Shown: piece by piece, positions 8,782 to 22,005 of the stretch | Position numbering within the stretch: position 1 is the stretch's first letter | How the letters are laid out: every line of letters starts with the position of its first letter | NCBI RefSeq assembly: GCF_056746865.1 | Contig: NZ_CM163382.1 | Length of the DNA: 64,000 bases | Strand: one strand, 5' to 3' | Made by a program: the position numbers and the translations under genes | The notes under the pieces: model-generated | What the model was told of the DNA's origin: nothing | What the model saw: the letters and a program-made list of their open reading frames with translations, nothing else | The model's database searches: none

Positions 8782-9066
8782 ATGATTACTTATCACGACG
8801 CATTCGCGAAAGCGAACCATTACCTTGATGATGCAGATCTCGCCGTCGTCATTACTCTACATGGACGCTTTAGCCAGGGCTGGTATTTCTGTTTCGAAGC
8901 ACGAGAATTTCTCGAAACTGGTGATGAGGCCGCGCGTTTATCCGGTAACGCACCTTTTATTATTGATAAAGACAGTGGTGAAATTCATTCCCTTGGAACG
9001 GCAAAGCCGCTGGAAGAATATCTACAGGATTATGAAATAAAAAAGGCTACCTTCGGCTTGCCCTGA
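8782..9066 (+). CDS. yrhB: Small YrhB-family protein
   Basis: 94-aa ORF (MITYHDAFAKANHYLDDADLAVVITLHGRFSQGWYFCFEAREF...) located upstream of ggt as in E. coli. Confidence 0.8.
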   Translation: MITYHDAFAKANHYLDDADLAVVITLHGRFSQGWYFCFEAREFLETGDEAARLSGNAPFIIDKDSGEIHSLGTAKPLEEYLQDYEIKKATFGLP

Positions 9067-9103
9067 CAATACGGCCCTCTTCCCACGAAGAGGGCCGCTA
9101 ACC

Positions 9104-10846
9104 TTAATACCCCGCCGTTAAATCATCCACCGAGCGCGGATCGGATGCACCGTACAGCTCACCGTCCGGCCCAACCATAATGCTTTGTGTACTGCCCATC
9201 GCCTCTTTCAGCGCCACTTTCTGACCTTTTGCTTCCAGCAGCTTGAGCGTATCCGGGCTAAACCCTTTTTCGACACGCAGCTCGTCCGGCAACCATTGAT
9301 GGTGGAAACGCGGTGCATTGGTCGCTTCAGCGACATTCATGCCATAATCGATGCTATTCACCACCATTTGCAGCACGGTGGTAATAATCCGACTCCCGCC
9401 AGGGCTACCGGTAACCAGCCAGGTTTTACCGTCTTTCACCACAATGGTTGGTGACATCGACGACAGCGGGCGTTTGTTCGGCCCGACCGCGTTGGCATCA
9501 CCGCCCACCAGCCCGTAAACGTTCGGTACGCCCGGTTTGGCGGAGAAATCATCCATCTGGTTATTAAGCAGAATACCGCTCTCGCCCGCGACAATGCCCG
9601 TACCGAAGGTGGTGTTCAGCGTATAGGTCACCGCCACCGCGTTGCCGTCTTTATCCACCACTGAGTAATGGGTAGTTTGATTACTCTCATAAGGCGCAAG
9701 CTTGCCGGGGCGAATTTCGCTGGATGGCTTCGCTTTATTGATATCAATTTGATCGGCAATAGATTTGGCATAGGCTTTATTGGTCAGCGCCTGCCACGGG
9801 ACTTTCACAAAATCCGGATCGCCAAGATATTCCGAGCGGTCGGCGTAGGCGTATTTCTCCGCTTCTGCCATGATTTGCATCGCATCGGCGCTGCCAAAGC
9901 CGTATTTCTGCATATCGAAGTTTTCCAGGATATTGAGGATCTGCACGATATGAATCCCACCGGAAGATGGCGGTGGCATCGAGTAAACCTGATACCCGCG
10001 ATATTCGCCGCTAATCGGTGTACGTTCGACCGCTTTATACGCCGCTAAATCTTCTTTAGTGATCAAGCCACCGTTTTTCTGCATCTCCTGAGCGATCTGC
10101 TCCGCTATTGTGCCTTTGTAGAATTCGTCCGGGCCGTTTTCGGCAATCATCTCCAGGCTCTTTGCCAGGTTCGCCTGCACCAGCTTGTCGCCCTTTTTCA
10201 GCGGCGCGCCCTCTTTCCAGAAGATAGCCTTGCTGTTTTCGTGATTCGGCAACACTTCGCTACCGTAGGTTTTGAGATCGTCAGCCAGCGCGTCATTAAC
10301 GATAAAACCATCGCGTGCCAGTTTAAACGCCGGCTGCACCACTTTATTTAACGGCATGGTGCCGTACTTCTCCAGCGCCAGCGAGAAACCTGCGACCGTA
10401 CCTGGCGTACCGGAGGCCAGATGCGAAGTGAGTGATTTTTTGCTGTCCGGGTTGCCCTGGTCATCGAGGAACATATCGCGGGTCGCTTTGGCGGGTGCCA
10501 TTTCGCGGAAATCGATAGCGGTGGTATTGCCATTTTTCGAGCGGATCAGCATAAAACCACCACCGCCCAGATTCCCTGCCTGCGGATGCGTTACCGCCAG
10601 CGCGTAGCCCACAGCCACGGCGGCATCAACGGCATTCCCGCCCTCCTTGAGGATATCCACCCCCACCTGAGTGGCAGTAGCATCTACAGACGCCACCATC
10701 CCCTGTTTCGCGCGTACCGGATGGAAGACATCTTCCTCCACGCCATAAGAAACAGGTGGCGGAGGAGGCGCGGCGGAGGCGCTAAAACAACTTCCTGAGA
10801 GCAGAGCAGCAATGGCCACCCGGCGTAAAAACGTCGGTTTTATCAT
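9104..10846 (-). CDS. ggt: Gamma-glutamyltranspeptidase (periplasmic)
   Basis: Internal start MIKPTFLRRVAIAALLSGSCFSA (signal peptide) gives 580 aa; the catalytic Thr motif (TTHYSVVD) is present. Confidence 0.92.
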   Translation of the reverse strand: MIKPTFLRRVAIAALLSGSCFSASAAPPPPPVSYGVEEDVFHPVRAKQGMVASVDATATQVGVDILKEGGNAVDAAVAVGYALAVTHPQAGNLGGGGFMLIRSKNGNTTAIDFREMAPAKATRDMFLDDQGNPDSKKSLTSHLASGTPGTVAGFSLALEKYGTMPLNKVVQPAFKLARDGFIVNDALADDLKTYGSEVLPNHENSKAIFWKEGAPLKKGDKLVQANLAKSLEMIAENGPDEFYKGTIAEQIAQEMQKNGGLITKEDLAAYKAVERTPISGEYRGYQVYSMPPPSSGGIHIVQILNILENFDMQKYGFGSADAMQIMAEAEKYAYADRSEYLGDPDFVKVPWQALTNKAYAKSIADQIDINKAKPSSEIRPGKLAPYESNQTTHYSVVDKDGNAVAVTYTLNTTFGTGIVAGESGILLNNQMDDFSAKPGVPNVYGLVGGDANAVGPNKRPLSSMSPTIVVKDGKTWLVTGSPGGSRIITTVLQMVVNSIDYGMNVAEATNAPRFHHQWLPDELRVEKGFSPDTLKLLEAKGQKVALKEAMGSTQSIMVGPDGELYGASDPRSVDDLTAGY

Positions 10847-10965
10847 CGTTATTCTCCAGAGATTAAGGGGCAACCCCAGCTAAGCCTGGTATATAACTCT
10901 GAATTAATCATCGTTTTGCCGGGAAGCGAGTAAACTTAAAGGATATCTTCAGAGGAGGATACGCG

Positions 10966-11406
10966 ATGAAACGACTTCTGATTCTTACGGCACTCCTGCC
11001 GTTTGTCGGCTTTGCACAGCCCATTAATACTCTGAACAACCCCAACCAGCCGGGATATCAGATCCCCAGCCAGCAGCGGATGCAAACCCAAATGCAAACG
11101 CAGCAAATCCAGCAAAAAGGGATGCTGAATCAGCAACTGAAAACGCAAACGCAGCTGCAACAACAGCATTTAGAAAACCAGATAAACAATAATTCTCAGC
11201 GGGTGTTGCAGTCACAGCCGGGGGAGCGAAATCCCGCCCGGCAGCAAATGCTGCCCAACACCAATGGCGGGATGTTAAACAGCAACCGTAATCCGGATAG
11301 TTCGTTGAATCAGCAGCATATGTTGCCGGAGAGGAGAAACGGCGACATGCTGAATCAGCCCGGCACGCCGCAGCCTGATATACCGTTGAAAACTATTGGG
11401 CCGTAA
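10966..11406 (+). CDS. yhhA: Secreted Q/N-rich protein YhhA (DUF2756)
   Basis: 146-aa ORF with a signal peptide and Gln-rich low-complexity sequence. Confidence 0.8.
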   Translation: MKRLLILTALLPFVGFAQPINTLNNPNQPGYQIPSQQRMQTQMQTQQIQQKGMLNQQLKTQTQLQQQHLENQINNNSQRVLQSQPGERNPARQQMLPNTNGGMLNSNRNPDSSLNQQHMLPERRNGDMLNQPGTPQPDIPLKTIGP

Positions 11407-12136
11407 AGTTCGGACCAATCACATCAATCGCATCGGTACAGATGCAATCCACGCCCCAGCGCAGCAACTCTGCCGCGCGCTGGGGTTTATTGACGGTATA
11501 AACCAGAATCCGTAATCCGGCGTCTTTCAACTGCATCACTCGCGCTTTATCGAGCAACTTATGATTGAGATGAATAGAGACGCAGCCCAGCCGCGCGGTC
11601 AGTTCTCGCCAGTCGTCGCGCCACTCATCAAGCAATAAACCGCGCGGCAGTTCTGGTACTGCTTGTTGCGCGGCTTCTAAAGCATCAATCTCAAACGATG
11701 ACAGCAGCGGCGACGTCATACCAGCCCACAGTTCGCGTGCAGCCAGCGCCACCATTTTGCCCGTTAATGGCCCGGTGCCAGTGGTGGGCTTGATTTCGAT
11801 ATTCGCCATCATCCCGTGTTCACGACAGCGTTCCGCCACCTGCGAAAGCAACGGCAGCGGCTCACCTTTAAACGCTTTGCTGTACCAACTGCCCGCATCC
11901 ACGCGCAGTAAATCCTGCCAGTTCAGTTCACCCGCGACGCCCCAGCCGTTGCTGGTGCGTTCGAGATTGTCGTCATGGAGCAAGAAGATCTCGCCATCCT
12001 TCGATAACTTCGCGTCAAATTCGATCATCTTATGACCGTATTTTGCCCCCACGTCGATTGCCGCCAGGGTGTTCTCCGGGGCCAGTTTACCGCCGCCACG
12101 ATGGGCGACGATGCGGGGATAAGGCCAGTTACTCAT
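11393..12136 (-). CDS. ugpQ: Glycerophosphodiester phosphodiesterase (cytoplasmic)
   Basis: 247-aa ORF with the GDPD motif (IVAHRGGG...ENT); last gene of the ugp operon. Confidence 0.92.
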   Translation of the reverse strand: MSNWPYPRIVAHRGGGKLAPENTLAAIDVGAKYGHKMIEFDAKLSKDGEIFLLHDDNLERTSNGWGVAGELNWQDLLRVDAGSWYSKAFKGEPLPLLSQVAERCREHGMMANIEIKPTTGTGPLTGKMVALAARELWAGMTSPLLSSFEIDALEAAQQAVPELPRGLLLDEWRDDWRELTARLGCVSIHLNHKLLDKARVMQLKDAGLRILVYTVNKPQRAAELLRWGVDCICTDAIDVIGPNFTAQ

Positions 12137-13203
12137 ACTCGTTGTCCTGTTTCACCATCAAAAAGATGCAGCTGATTTTCCGGCAGATGCAGCCACAGCG
12201 TGCTGCCTGCCGTCGGGCGCTCCTGATGCGCCAGTCGCACCACCAGCTTCTGTTCGCCCCAGCGTCCGTGCGCCAGGTTATCTGCGCCGAGGATCTCCAG
12301 CGTGTCCATCACCAGCGGCACGCCACCTTCAGCCTGCGAACGTAGCGTAATATGTTCCGGGCGAATGCCGAGAGTCATTTTACGTCCAGCATACTGACGG
12401 TAGCCACCGTTTAGCGGCAGCGCGATACCGCCGTCCAGTTCGAAATGCGTGCCTTCGTTATTCACACGCCCTGCCAGCAGATTCATCGCCGGGCTGCCGA
12501 TAAAACTCGCTACAAACAGGCTGGCGGGCTTTTCGTACACTTCAACTGGCGTGCCAATCTGTTCGGCAACGCCGCCGTTCATCACCATTACTCGCTGGGC
12601 GAGCGTCATCGCCTCAACCTGATCGTGGGTAACGTAGAGTGAAGTCGTTTTCAGGCGACGGTGCAACTGTTGCAGTTCAAGACGCATCTGCACGCGCAGC
12701 TTGGCATCGAGGTTAGAGAGCGGCTCATCAAACAAGAACACCGACGGATCGCGCACAATCGCGCGGCCCATCGCCACACGCTGGCGCTGACCGCCGGAAA
12801 GCTCGCGCGGGCGACGTTTGAGCAGACCGTCCAGCTCCAGAATGCGCGCCGCTTCTTTAACGCGCTCGGCAATTTGCTGCTTGCCCATGCCGCGAATTTT
12901 CAGCCCCCACGCCATGTTTTCTTCGACGCTCATATGCGGATAAAGCGCGTAGTTCTGGAACACCATCGCAATCCCGCGATCTTTCGGCTCCATTTCGGTC
13001 ACCCGCTGGTCGTTGATCCAGATATCGCCTTCCGTCACCCGCTCCAACCCGGCAACCATGCGCAGCAGCGTCGATTTCCCGCAGCCAGACGGCCCGACCA
13101 TCACGATAAATTCGCCATCCGCCACATCAAGGGTCAGCGGTTTAATCACCTGGGTTTTGCCATCCCAGCTTTTGGTTACTGCCTGTAATTTCAGTCCTGC
13201 CAT
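12133..13203 (-). CDS. ugpC: sn-glycerol-3-phosphate ABC transporter ATPase
   Basis: Internal start [13 protein letters not shown] gives 356 aa; Walker A (GPSGCGKST) and the LSGGQRQR signature are present. Confidence 0.92.
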   Translation of the reverse strand: MAGLKLQAVTKSWDGKTQVIKPLTLDVADGEFIVMVGPSGCGKSTLLRMVAGLERVTEGDIWINDQRVTEMEPKDRGIAMVFQNYALYPHMSVEENMAWGLKIRGMGKQQIAERVKEAARILELDGLLKRRPRELSGGQRQRVAMGRAIVRDPSVFLFDEPLSNLDAKLRVQMRLELQQLHRRLKTTSLYVTHDQVEAMTLAQRVMVMNGGVAEQIGTPVEVYEKPASLFVASFIGSPAMNLLAGRVNNEGTHFELDGGIALPLNGGYRQYAGRKMTLGIRPEHITLRSQAEGGVPLVMDTLEILGADNLAHGRWGEQKLVVRLAHQERPTAGSTLWLHLPENQLHLFDGETGQRV

Positions 13204-13204
13204 C

Positions 13205-14050
13205 TTATTTCTCACTATCGACCAGGCCGCGCACGAAGGCACGCTGCATCACTAAAACAATCACTACTGGTGGGATCAGGGTTAACAACATCGCCGCCAT
13301 CACCGAGTTCCATTCCGTGGTGCCTTCGCCTGTGGCGATCATCCCTTTAATCCCTGCCACGGTGGTGCCTAGATCCACGTCGGTAATAATCAACAACGGC
13401 CACAAATACTGGTTCCAGCCGTAGATAAAGGTGATCACAAACAGCGCCGCCAGATTGGTTTTGGACAGCGGAAAAACGATGTCGCAAAAGAAACGCATTG
13501 GTGATGCGCCGTCGATCCGCGCGGCTTCCACCAGCTCATCCGGCAGCGTCATAAAGAACTGGCGGAACAGGAAGGTGGCGGTCGCCGAGGCCATCAGCGG
13601 CAGCGTTAAGCCGGCGTAGCTGTCGAGCATCTTCAGATTGGCGATGACTTCCACCGTCGGGAAAATACGCACTTCAACCGGCAACATCAGAGTAATAAAA
13701 ATCATCCAGAAGAAGAGGTTACGCAGCGGAAAACGAAACCAGACAATGGCAAATGCCGAGAGCATCGAGACGGTAATTTTGCCGAGCGTAATGCTAAACG
13801 CCATCACAAAGCTGTTAAGCAACATCCGCCAGAACGGCGCGCTATTCGTACCTACCCCGTTTACCCAGATGTTGTGGATATTTTCCAGCAGATGCGTGCC
13901 GGGGATGAGCGTCATCGGCGCGGCGTAGACGGCCTGTTTATCCAGCGTCGCCGCGACAAACGCCACGTACAGCGGGAAGAGGATCACCGCGATCCCGAGG
14001 ATCAGCATGGTATGGCTGAATATTGTCAGCCACGGACGGTTCTCAATCAT
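13205..14050 (-). CDS. ugpE: sn-glycerol-3-phosphate ABC transporter permease
   Basis: 281-aa polytopic membrane ORF in ugp order. Confidence 0.9.
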
Positions 14051-14934
14051 TGGTAACGCACCTTGCTTTCAACATAGCGGAACTGCACCACCGTCAGCAC
14101 GATGACGAGGAACATCAACACCACCGACTGCGCGGCAGACGAAGCCAGATCCAGTCCGGTAAAGCCTTCGCGGTAAATCTTATAAATCAGCGTCGTGGTG
14201 GCCTGAACCGGCCCGCCGGACGTGGCGGCGTCGATCACCGGGAAGGTGTCGAAGAAGGCGTATACCAGGTTCACCACCAGCAGGAAGAAACTCACCGGAG
14301 CGATAAGCGGCAGCGCAATCTTAAAGAAGCGGCGAATCGGGCCTGCACCGTCGATGGCTGCGGCTTCGATCAACGAACGGGGTATGGATTGCAGCGCGGC
14401 ATAGAAGAACAGGAAGTTGTAGCTAATTTGCTTCCACACCGAGGCAAACACCACCAGAAACATCGCCTGACCGCTGTTTTGCGCGTGGTTCCAGTCGTAG
14501 CCGAACTCAGCGAGAAAATGGGTGATCAGCCCGCGACCGGGGTTAAACAGGAAGATCCATAATACGGCGGCAACGGCGGGAGCCACGGCATACGGCAGCA
14601 GCATTAAGGTTTGATATAAACGGCTGCCGCGCACGATGTACTCCACCAGCGCTGCGAAGAACAGCGATACCAGCAAACCGCTGACGGTGACAAAGGTGCT
14701 GAATTTTATCGTCGTCCAGAAGGAGTCGAGATAGTAGCTGTCATGAAACAACGTGACGAAGTTATCCAGGCCGACAAACTGGCTGGAGAAACCAAACGGA
14801 TCGACGCTTTGTAGCGAGTACCACAACGCTTCGCCCGCAGGCCAGATAAAAAAGATAACGGTGATGATGAGCTGCGGCGCGACCAGCAAATAAGGCAGCC
14901 AGCGCGAGCGGAACACCGGACGGGATGATGACAT
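14047..14934 (-). CDS. ugpA: sn-glycerol-3-phosphate ABC transporter permease
   Basis: 295-aa polytopic membrane ORF; its stop overlaps the ugpE start. Confidence 0.9.
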
Positions 14935-14954
14935 TACGGTTAATTCCTGAACTG

Positions 14955-15022
14955 TGCCGGATGCGCTTCGCTTATCCGGCCTACACGCGATGCCAGGTCA
15001 GATAAGCGAAACGCATCCGACA
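14955..15022. repeat. REP/BIME element pair between ugpB and ugpA
   Basis: TGCCGGATGCGCTTCGCTTATCCGGCCTACA followed by an inverted REP-like copy. Confidence 0.7.
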
Positions 15023-15031
15023 TTACACTGA

Positions 15032-16348
15032 TTAAGACTTCGTCGATTTCTCAAAACGGCGCAGCAACTGATTTCCACGCTCAACGGCAGTATCCAGCGC
15101 CTGCTGTGGCGTCTTCTTACCGGTCCACACGCTCTCCAGCTCTTCATCCACAATCACGCGGATCTGCGGCATATTGCCCAGACGCAACCCTTTGGTGAAC
15201 GGCAACGGCGGCTTGTTCAGCATCTGACGCGTCGCGGTATCCGCCCCTGGGTTTTTCTCATAAAAGCCCTGCTCACGGGTCAGGTCATACGCCGCTTTGG
15301 TGATTGGCAGATAACCAGTTTTCTGATGCCACTCGGCAGCGTTTTCTGGCTTCGCGAGGAAGTCGAGGAACTTCGCCACACCCGTATAAGTTTCTTTATC
15401 TTTACCCTGCATTACCCACAGGCTGGCTCCACCGATAATGGCATTTTGCGGTGCATCTTTCGCATCGGCGTCGTAAGGCATCATGCCTACGCCGTAGTTA
15501 AATTTGGCGTACTCGCGAATGTTGGCAAGAGAACCGGAAGAGGCAGTGGTCATCGCGCAATCACCGTTATAGAACTTCTCAGTGGATTCATCCTTACGCC
15601 CGACGTAGCTGAAATCGCCCTTCTTGTTCATCTCTTCGAGCATAGTGATGTGTTTCACCTGCTCCGGCTTGTTGAACTCCAGCACCGCGTCTGTGCCGTC
15701 AAAGCCGTTGTTTTTGCTGGCAAACGGCAGACCGTTCCAGGCGCTAAAGTTTTCCAGTTGGATCCAGCCCTGCCAGCCGCTGGCGTAGCCGCACTTCATA
15801 CCGGAGGCTTTCAGTTTCGCGGCATAGTCCGCCAGATCCTGCCAGGTTTTCGGCGGCTGTTCCGGGTCTAAACCGGCTTTCTTGAAGGCGTCTTTGTTGT
15901 AATAGAGAACGGGAGTCGAGCTGTTGAACGGCTGGGAGAGTAAGTGGCCGGTTTTGCTGTCGGAGTAGTAACCTGAAACCGTCGGCACAAACTGCGACTC
16001 ATCGAACTGAATCCCCGCCTCTTTAAACACGTCATATACTGGTTTAATGGCTTTCGACGCCATCATGGTGGCGGTGCCAACTTCATAAACCTGCAAAATA
16101 GCAGGCGCGTTGCCGGTACGAAATGCGGCAATCCCCGCGCTTAAATTCTGTTCGTAGTTGCCTTTATAGGTCGGTACAATTTTGTAATCCGGGTTTTCGG
16201 CGTTAAAACGTTGGGCCAGAGAATCCACCTCTTTACCCAGTTCCCCTTCCATAGAATGCCAGAACGGAATGGTCGTCACTGCCTGTGCATTCCCCATTAA
16301 CGCCAGTCCGAGCGCCAGTGCTGAAGCTGTATAATGTAACGGTTTCAT
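15032..16348 (-). CDS. ugpB: Periplasmic sn-glycerol-3-phosphate-binding protein
   Basis: 438-aa ORF with a signal peptide ([23 protein letters not shown]). Confidence 0.92.
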   Translation of the reverse strand: MKPLHYTASALALGLALMGNAQAVTTIPFWHSMEGELGKEVDSLAQRFNAENPDYKIVPTYKGNYEQNLSAGIAAFRTGNAPAILQVYEVGTATMMASKAIKPVYDVFKEAGIQFDESQFVPTVSGYYSDSKTGHLLSQPFNSSTPVLYYNKDAFKKAGLDPEQPPKTWQDLADYAAKLKASGMKCGYASGWQGWIQLENFSAWNGLPFASKNNGFDGTDAVLEFNKPEQVKHITMLEEMNKKGDFSYVGRKDESTEKFYNGDCAMTTASSGSLANIREYAKFNYGVGMMPYDADAKDAPQNAIIGGASLWVMQGKDKETYTGVAKFLDFLAKPENAAEWHQKTGYLPITKAAYDLTREQGFYEKNPGADTATRQMLNKPPLPFTKGLRLGNMPQIRVIVDEELESVWTGKKTPQQALDTAVERGNQLLRRFEKSTKS

Positions 16349-16444
16349 CGTTTATCTCTCTTGTTGTACCGAATGCGCGAATTCACGCGTTTTATGCTCG
16401 CGGGGTAACATGACATGCTCGAATTACAGAAAAATAACTTTTTT

Positions 16445-16495
16445 GTTACATTTGTAAGATAGTAAGGTGTCAGAAAGATGACAAGGCGGTGACGG
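16445..16495 (-). promoter_or_regulatory. ugp promoter with candidate Pho boxes
   Basis: The minus strand reads CTTGTCATCTTTCTGACACCTTACTATCTTACAAATGTAACAAAA, containing TGTCA-type PhoB half-sites upstream of ugpB. Confidence 0.45.
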
Positions 16496-16585
16496 TACGG
16501 GTGAGGGAAAATGGGAGATGGGGCACGGATAAGCGGGAAAAATAGAAGGTCTGAATCAAACTCTACAGATTGCTCATCGTTTCAT

Positions 16586-16686
<101 letters not shown>

Positions 16687-16745
16687 TTTTACATTTGTAA
16701 CCTGTCTCAAAGGAGTCTTTTGACTCCTTATCAATCAACGTGTTA

Positions 16746-17459
16746 TTACCCGCCTAAATACGCACTTCTCACCGCTTCATTCGCCAGCAGCGCGTCGCCG
16801 GTATCGGAGAGCACTACATGACCGTTTTCCAGCACGTAGCCGCGATCCGCCAGCTTTAGCGCCTGGTTGGCGTTCTGCTCGACGAGGAAGATGGTCATCC
16901 CCTGCTCACGCAGCTGCTCGATGGTGTCGAAAATTTGCTGGATGATAATCGGCGCAAGACCGAGCGATGGCTCATCAAGCAACAATAAACGCGGGTTGCT
17001 CATCAGCGCGCGACCAATCGCCAGCATCTGCTGCTCACCGCCGGACATGGTGCCCGCCCGCTGAACACGGCGTTCATGGAGACGCGGAAACAGTTCATAC
17101 ACCCACTTTATGCGTTCCTGGAACTGGTCACGTTCAGCAAAAAAACCGCCCATCGCCAGGTTCTCTTCCACCGTCATCCGCGAGAAAACACGACGCCCTT
17201 CCGGGACAATCGCCACCGCTTCGCGCATGATTTTCGCCGTCTGCCAGTCGGTAATGTCTTTATCATCAAACACAATTCGCCCGCTGGTGGCGCGCGGGTC
17301 GCCGCATAATGTGCCGAGCAAGGTGGTTTTCCCCGCCCCGTTCGCGCCAATAAGGGTGACAATCTCGCCCTGATTGATATGCAGGCTCACCTCATGCAGC
17401 GCCTGGATTTTGCCGTAGTGGGCGCTGACTTTGTCAAAGGACAACATGACTTTTTCCAT
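16746..17459 (-). CDS. livF: Branched-chain amino acid ABC transporter ATPase
   Basis: Internal start MEKVMLSFDKVSAHYG gives 237 aa; Walker A (GANGAGKTT) present. Confidence 0.92.
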   Translation of the reverse strand: MEKVMLSFDKVSAHYGKIQALHEVSLHINQGEIVTLIGANGAGKTTLLGTLCGDPRATSGRIVFDDKDITDWQTAKIMREAVAIVPEGRRVFSRMTVEENLAMGGFFAERDQFQERIKWVYELFPRLHERRVQRAGTMSGGEQQMLAIGRALMSNPRLLLLDEPSLGLAPIIIQQIFDTIEQLREQGMTIFLVEQNANQALKLADRGYVLENGHVVLSDTGDALLANEAVRSAYLGG

Positions 17460-17460
17460 C

Positions 17461-18228
17461 TTATGCCTCACCTAAATAGGCACGGATCACGTCCGGGTTA
17501 TTACGGATTTGCTCCGGCGTACCGTTTGCCAGTGGCGTCCCCTGATTGACCACGTAAATTCGGTCCGAAATTCCCATCACCAGCTTCATATCGTGTTCAA
17601 TTAACAAGATAGTGGTGTTGTGATGATTGCGCAGTTCGGCAATCAGCTCATCCAGCTCTTTCGTCTCTTTCGGGTTAAGACCTGCCGCAGGTTCGTCGAG
17701 CATTAAAATCTCCGGCTGCGTCACCATGCAGCGGGCAATCTCCAGACGACGCTGGTCACCATAGGCCAGGTTACTCGCCTGACGGTTGGCATGTTCCAGC
17801 AAACCAATGCGCTCAAGCCAGGTAGCGGCGCGGTCGAGCGCTTCGCTCTGGGCGCGACGGAAAGAAGGCGTTTTCAAAAGGCCGGAGAACAGCCCGGTTT
17901 TCAGTTGCTGATGCTGTGCCACCAGCAGGTTTTCAATTACCGTCATTTCACGGAACAGACGCACATGCTGGAAGGTACGCACCACGCCCATGCGGGCAAT
18001 TTGCTGCCCCGGTAAACCTTCCAGATGCTGATCGCGCAGTAAAATAGTGCCGCCGGTGGGTTTATAGAATCCAGTCAGGCAGTTGAAGACCGTGGTTTTT
18101 CCGGCACCGTTAGGTCCGATTAACGAGACGATCTCCTGCGGGTACAGTTCAAGATTGACGTTGTTCACCGCCAGCAGGCCGCCGAAGCGCATCATCAGGC
18201 CGTTAACGGATAATAATGGCTGACTCAT
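17461..18228 (-). CDS. livG: Branched-chain amino acid ABC transporter ATPase
   Basis: 255-aa ORF with Walker A (GPNGAGKTT). Confidence 0.92.
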   Translation of the reverse strand: MSQPLLSVNGLMMRFGGLLAVNNVNLELYPQEIVSLIGPNGAGKTTVFNCLTGFYKPTGGTILLRDQHLEGLPGQQIARMGVVRTFQHVRLFREMTVIENLLVAQHQQLKTGLFSGLLKTPSFRRAQSEALDRAATWLERIGLLEHANRQASNLAYGDQRRLEIARCMVTQPEILMLDEPAAGLNPKETKELDELIAELRNHHNTTILLIEHDMKLVMGISDRIYVVNQGTPLANGTPEQIRNNPDVIRAYLGEA

Positions 18229-19502
18229 GCCTGCTCTCCTTTCGCTGCGCCGTTTTTCAGCTTCAGTTGCGGGCGCGTCATGGGCAGCAAGCCCTGCGGA
18301 CGCCAGATCATCATCAGCACCATCAAACCACCGAGCATTAACATGCTGTATTCGTTGAAATCACGCATCAATTCGCGCGACACCACCAGCAAAATTGCCG
18401 CCAGAATTACCGCAAATTGCGAGCCCATACCGCCAAGCACCACTATCGCCAGCACAAACGCCGATTCGGCAAAGGTGAAGGATTCCGGGCTGACAAAGCC
18501 CTGACGCGCAGCAAACAGCGTTCCGGCAAAACCGGCAAACGCAGCGCTAATGGTAAAGGCAGTCAGCTTGATACGACGCGGGCTTAAGCCCAGCGAACGG
18601 CAGGCGATCTCGTCTTCACGCAACGCTTCCCACGCACGGCCCAGCGGCATCCGCAGCAGGCGGTTAATGACAAACAGGCTTAATACCACCAGCAGCAACG
18701 CCACCAGGTACAGGAAGATAACGCGATCGGAGGGATCGTATTTCAGGCCAAAGAAATTACTGAACGTGTCCCAGCCGCCTTCGCGGGCGGTACGGCTGAA
18801 CTCGAGGCCGAAGAAAGTCGGTTTCGGGATCTGACTAATTCCGTTCGGGCCACCAGTGATTTCAGTGTTATTGAGCAGCAATATGCGCACAATTTCGCCG
18901 AAACCGAGGGTAACGATCGCCAGATAGTCACCGCGCAGACGCAGCACCGGAAAGCCGAGCAGGAAGCCCGCCGCCGCCGCCATTAACCCGGCAATCGGCA
19001 GACAGGTCCAGAAGCCCAGACCGTAATAGTGATTGAGCAGCGCAAAAGTGTAAGCGCCGATGGCGTAAAAGCCGCCGTACCCCAGCACCAGCAGACCAGA
19101 AAGACCTACCACCACGTTCAGCCCGAGGCCAAGGATAATGTAGATCATGGTCAGGGTGGCAATATCCACCGTCCCGCGTGAAACCATAAACGGCCACGCC
19201 ACCGCAAGCACCAACAGCGCCACGAGGAACAGTTTCTGTTTCACCGTGGAGCCATCAATCGCGGGCAGAATAAACTTCGGTCCGGAAACGCTTTTCAGCC
19301 CTTTCTGGAAAGCCGGTCGCAAAAGCTGGAAGAAAAAGACCACCGCCGTGCCGATAAACACCCACTGCCAACGGATGTCTGAAGCCGTGTCGACCACCAG
19401 TTTGGTGCCATCCAGCTCCAGTTGCACGCCCATAAAGACGCCAGCGAGGACAAAGAACATCGCGGCAGAGAGCAACGCCATTGCAATATGCATCGGTTTC
19501 AT
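18225..19502 (-). CDS. livM: Branched-chain amino acid ABC transporter permease
   Basis: 425-aa membrane ORF in liv order. Confidence 0.9.
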   Translation of the reverse strand: MKPMHIAMALLSAAMFFVLAGVFMGVQLELDGTKLVVDTASDIRWQWVFIGTAVVFFFQLLRPAFQKGLKSVSGPKFILPAIDGSTVKQKLFLVALLVLAVAWPFMVSRGTVDIATLTMIYIILGLGLNVVVGLSGLLVLGYGGFYAIGAYTFALLNHYYGLGFWTCLPIAGLMAAAAGFLLGFPVLRLRGDYLAIVTLGFGEIVRILLLNNTEITGGPNGISQIPKPTFFGLEFSRTAREGGWDTFSNFFGLKYDPSDRVIFLYLVALLLVVLSLFVINRLLRMPLGRAWEALREDEIACRSLGLSPRRIKLTAFTISAAFAGFAGTLFAARQGFVSPESFTFAESAFVLAIVVLGGMGSQFAVILAAILLVVSRELMRDFNEYSMLMLGGLMVLMMIWRPQGLLPMTRPQLKLKNGAAKGEQA

Positions 19503-20425
19503 ACTTTCTCTACCTCCGGGCGACCCAGAATACCGGTCGGCATCACCAGCAACACAAGAATCAGCAGGGCGAATGAGACCACATCTTTATATTCCGTACT
19601 CAGATAGGCAGAAGAGAGCGCCTCCGCAATCCCCAGGATCAGCCCGCCAATCATCGCTCCCGGAATGCTGCCAATCCCACCGAGCACCGCAGCGGTAAAG
19701 GCTTTCATCCCGGCCATAAAGCCGATGTAGGGGTTAATGACGCCGTAGAACTGACCGAGTAGCACACCCGCCACCGCCGCCATCGCCGCGCCAATCACAA
19801 AGGTCAGCGCAATCACCCGATCGGTGTTGATGCCAAGCAGGCTCGCCATTTTCAGATCTTCCGCGCAGGCACGGCAGGCGCGCCCCATACGGGAATAGCG
19901 AATGAAAATCGTCAGCGCCAGCATGGCGAGGAAAGTAACAATCCATATCACCGCCTGCATGGTGGTAATAGAGGCAGAGAAGTTTTCGCTATGGCCCACC
20001 ACCCACTGACCGTTAAACAGACTGGGCAGCGCCACGTCGCGCGAACCTTCGGTCAGACTGACATAGTTTTGCAGGAAGATGGACATGCCGATTGCGGAAA
20101 TGAGCGCAATCAGGCGCTTAGAGTTACGCACCGGGCGATAGGCCACCCGTTCGATACTCCAGCCGTAGGCGCTGGCAATGACGATTGCGCCGACGAATCC
20201 CGCCGCCACCAGTAGCCAGCCGGTATCAATGCCCAGCATCATCAGTGCGGCGATGATCATAAAGGAGACATAGCTACCAATCATATAAACCTCGCCGTGG
20301 GCGAAGTTGATCATGCCGATAATGCCGTAAACCATGGTGTAGCCGATGGCTATCAGCGCGTAGGTACTGCCCAGCGTGACGCCGTTAAACATCTGCTGCA
20401 AGAAATACAAAAACTGCTCAGACAT
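19499..20425 (-). CDS. livH: Branched-chain amino acid ABC transporter permease
   Basis: 308-aa membrane ORF. Confidence 0.9.
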   Translation of the reverse strand: MSEQFLYFLQQMFNGVTLGSTYALIAIGYTMVYGIIGMINFAHGEVYMIGSYVSFMIIAALMMLGIDTGWLLVAAGFVGAIVIASAYGWSIERVAYRPVRNSKRLIALISAIGMSIFLQNYVSLTEGSRDVALPSLFNGQWVVGHSENFSASITTMQAVIWIVTFLAMLALTIFIRYSRMGRACRACAEDLKMASLLGINTDRVIALTFVIGAAMAAVAGVLLGQFYGVINPYIGFMAGMKAFTAAVLGGIGSIPGAMIGGLILGIAEALSSAYLSTEYKDVVSFALLILVLLVMPTGILGRPEVEKV

Positions 20426-20472
20426 AAGGTAACCTTTCTAAACCCGCCCGTTTTTCACGGGCGGTGGGATGA

Positions 20473-21582
20473 TCACTTGGCTGCCGTGGATGAACCGTCG
20501 GCGTGCCACTGGAAGACACCAAAATCAAATCCCTTAAGATCGCCTTTTTCATCCCAGTTCAGCGGCCCAATCACGGTGTTCGCACCGTTAGCTTTTAAAT
20601 CTTTCACCAGTGCCAGCGGCTCATCGCTGCCGGTACGCTCAAGGGCAGTCGCCAGAGATTGCACCGCCGCGTAAGTGATCCAGACATAAGGCCCGGACGG
20701 ATCTTTCTTGTCTGCTTTCAACGCATCAACAATGCCCTGGTTTGCCGGATCCTGGTCATAGCGTTTTGGCATAGTGACCAACATGCCTTCGGCAGCATCG
20801 CCAGCAATATTCGACAACGACGCATTACCCACACCTTCCGGCCCCATAAACTGAGTTTTCAGGCCAACGGAACGGGCCTGGCGCAGCATCTGCCCCATTT
20901 CCGGGTAGTAACCGCCGTAGTAAACGAAGTCGATGTTTTCTTTTTTCAGGCGGGCGATCAGCGCGGAGAAATCTTTCTCCCCGGCGGTAATACCGTCGAA
21001 GAAAACGACGTTGGCATTGGCTGCTTTCAATCCGTCCTGCACCGAACGCGCCAGCCCTTCACCATACTGTTGTTTGTCGTGAATGATCGCGATGCGCTGG
21101 GGCTTCACCGTCTCAAGAATGTATTTTGCCGCCGTTGGCCCCTGGGAAGAGTCCAGCCCGGCAGTGCGCATGATGTGTTGATAACCGCGTTGGGTCAGCT
21201 CCGGGTTGGTCGCTCCCGGCGAGATCATCAGAATACCTTCGTCTTCGTAGATATCTGAAGCAGGCTGGGTAGAGGAGGAACACAGATGGCCGATGACGTA
21301 TTTAATGCCGTCGTTAACGATTTTGTTGGCGACCGCAACGGCTTGTTTCGGATCGCAGGCGTCGTCATATTCCACGCCCACCAGCTTATCGCCCTTAATT
21401 CCCCCTTTGGCATTAATGTCTTTAATGGCCTGACGCGCGCCGTTAAATTCCATATCGCCCCACTGAGCAATCGGACCGGACATCGCGCCGACAACGGCAA
21501 CTTTAATATCGTCGGCTAAAGCGGTGTGTGAAATTGCCAGTGCAATCATCCCTGCGATGATAGTTTTCGCATTCCGTTTCAT
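20473..21582 (-). CDS. livK: Leucine-specific periplasmic binding protein
   Basis: Internal start [23 protein letters not shown] gives 369 aa; paralogous to the downstream livJ. Confidence 0.9.
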   Translation of the reverse strand: MKRNAKTIIAGMIALAISHTALADDIKVAVVGAMSGPIAQWGDMEFNGARQAIKDINAKGGIKGDKLVGVEYDDACDPKQAVAVANKIVNDGIKYVIGHLCSSSTQPASDIYEDEGILMISPGATNPELTQRGYQHIMRTAGLDSSQGPTAAKYILETVKPQRIAIIHDKQQYGEGLARSVQDGLKAANANVVFFDGITAGEKDFSALIARLKKENIDFVYYGGYYPEMGQMLRQARSVGLKTQFMGPEGVGNASLSNIAGDAAEGMLVTMPKRYDQDPANQGIVDALKADKKDPSGPYVWITYAAVQSLATALERTGSDEPLALVKDLKANGANTVIGPLNWDEKGDLKGFDFGVFQWHADGSSTAAK

Positions 21583-22005
21583 AGTCAAAAATCCCCACTC
21601 GTAATGTTGTGTTGCTTTGTTTTTATGTGTTAACAAATCAGGCTGTTCTTTTTTTATACTGCGCTGTTTTTACCTGTCTGATTAAGGGTTTAGCGCAGTA
21701 TTTTGTGATAATAGCGATTAAAATCCCTATTTTTCAGTCGATTAAGAACAGATAATATTCTGAATTAATTGATAGATAAACAGAAAAAAGCACCGTTGTC
21801 AGCATAAAATAACGGAACAAAGGGCAGAATAATTCACTACCATTCAGGGGATTATGCTGGACATTTTTCATTCTCTAATGTTTTAACTTTGTAATTATTG
21901 CTGAAAAAAAATTAATCACCTGCCAAAAGAAATAAAAAAGAGAAAGCCTCCGATTAAATTATTTCGCTACACTGGTTCCTCTTTTGTGATTTACACGGGT
22001 TACCC

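Noticed and set aside
10966-11406. Gln/Asn-rich low-complexity ORF, possibly spurious
   Set aside because: Kept as a real gene (yhhA): it has a proper signal peptide and start context and sits at the expected position. The antisense track ORFs 10936..11169 and 11024..11215 are rejected.
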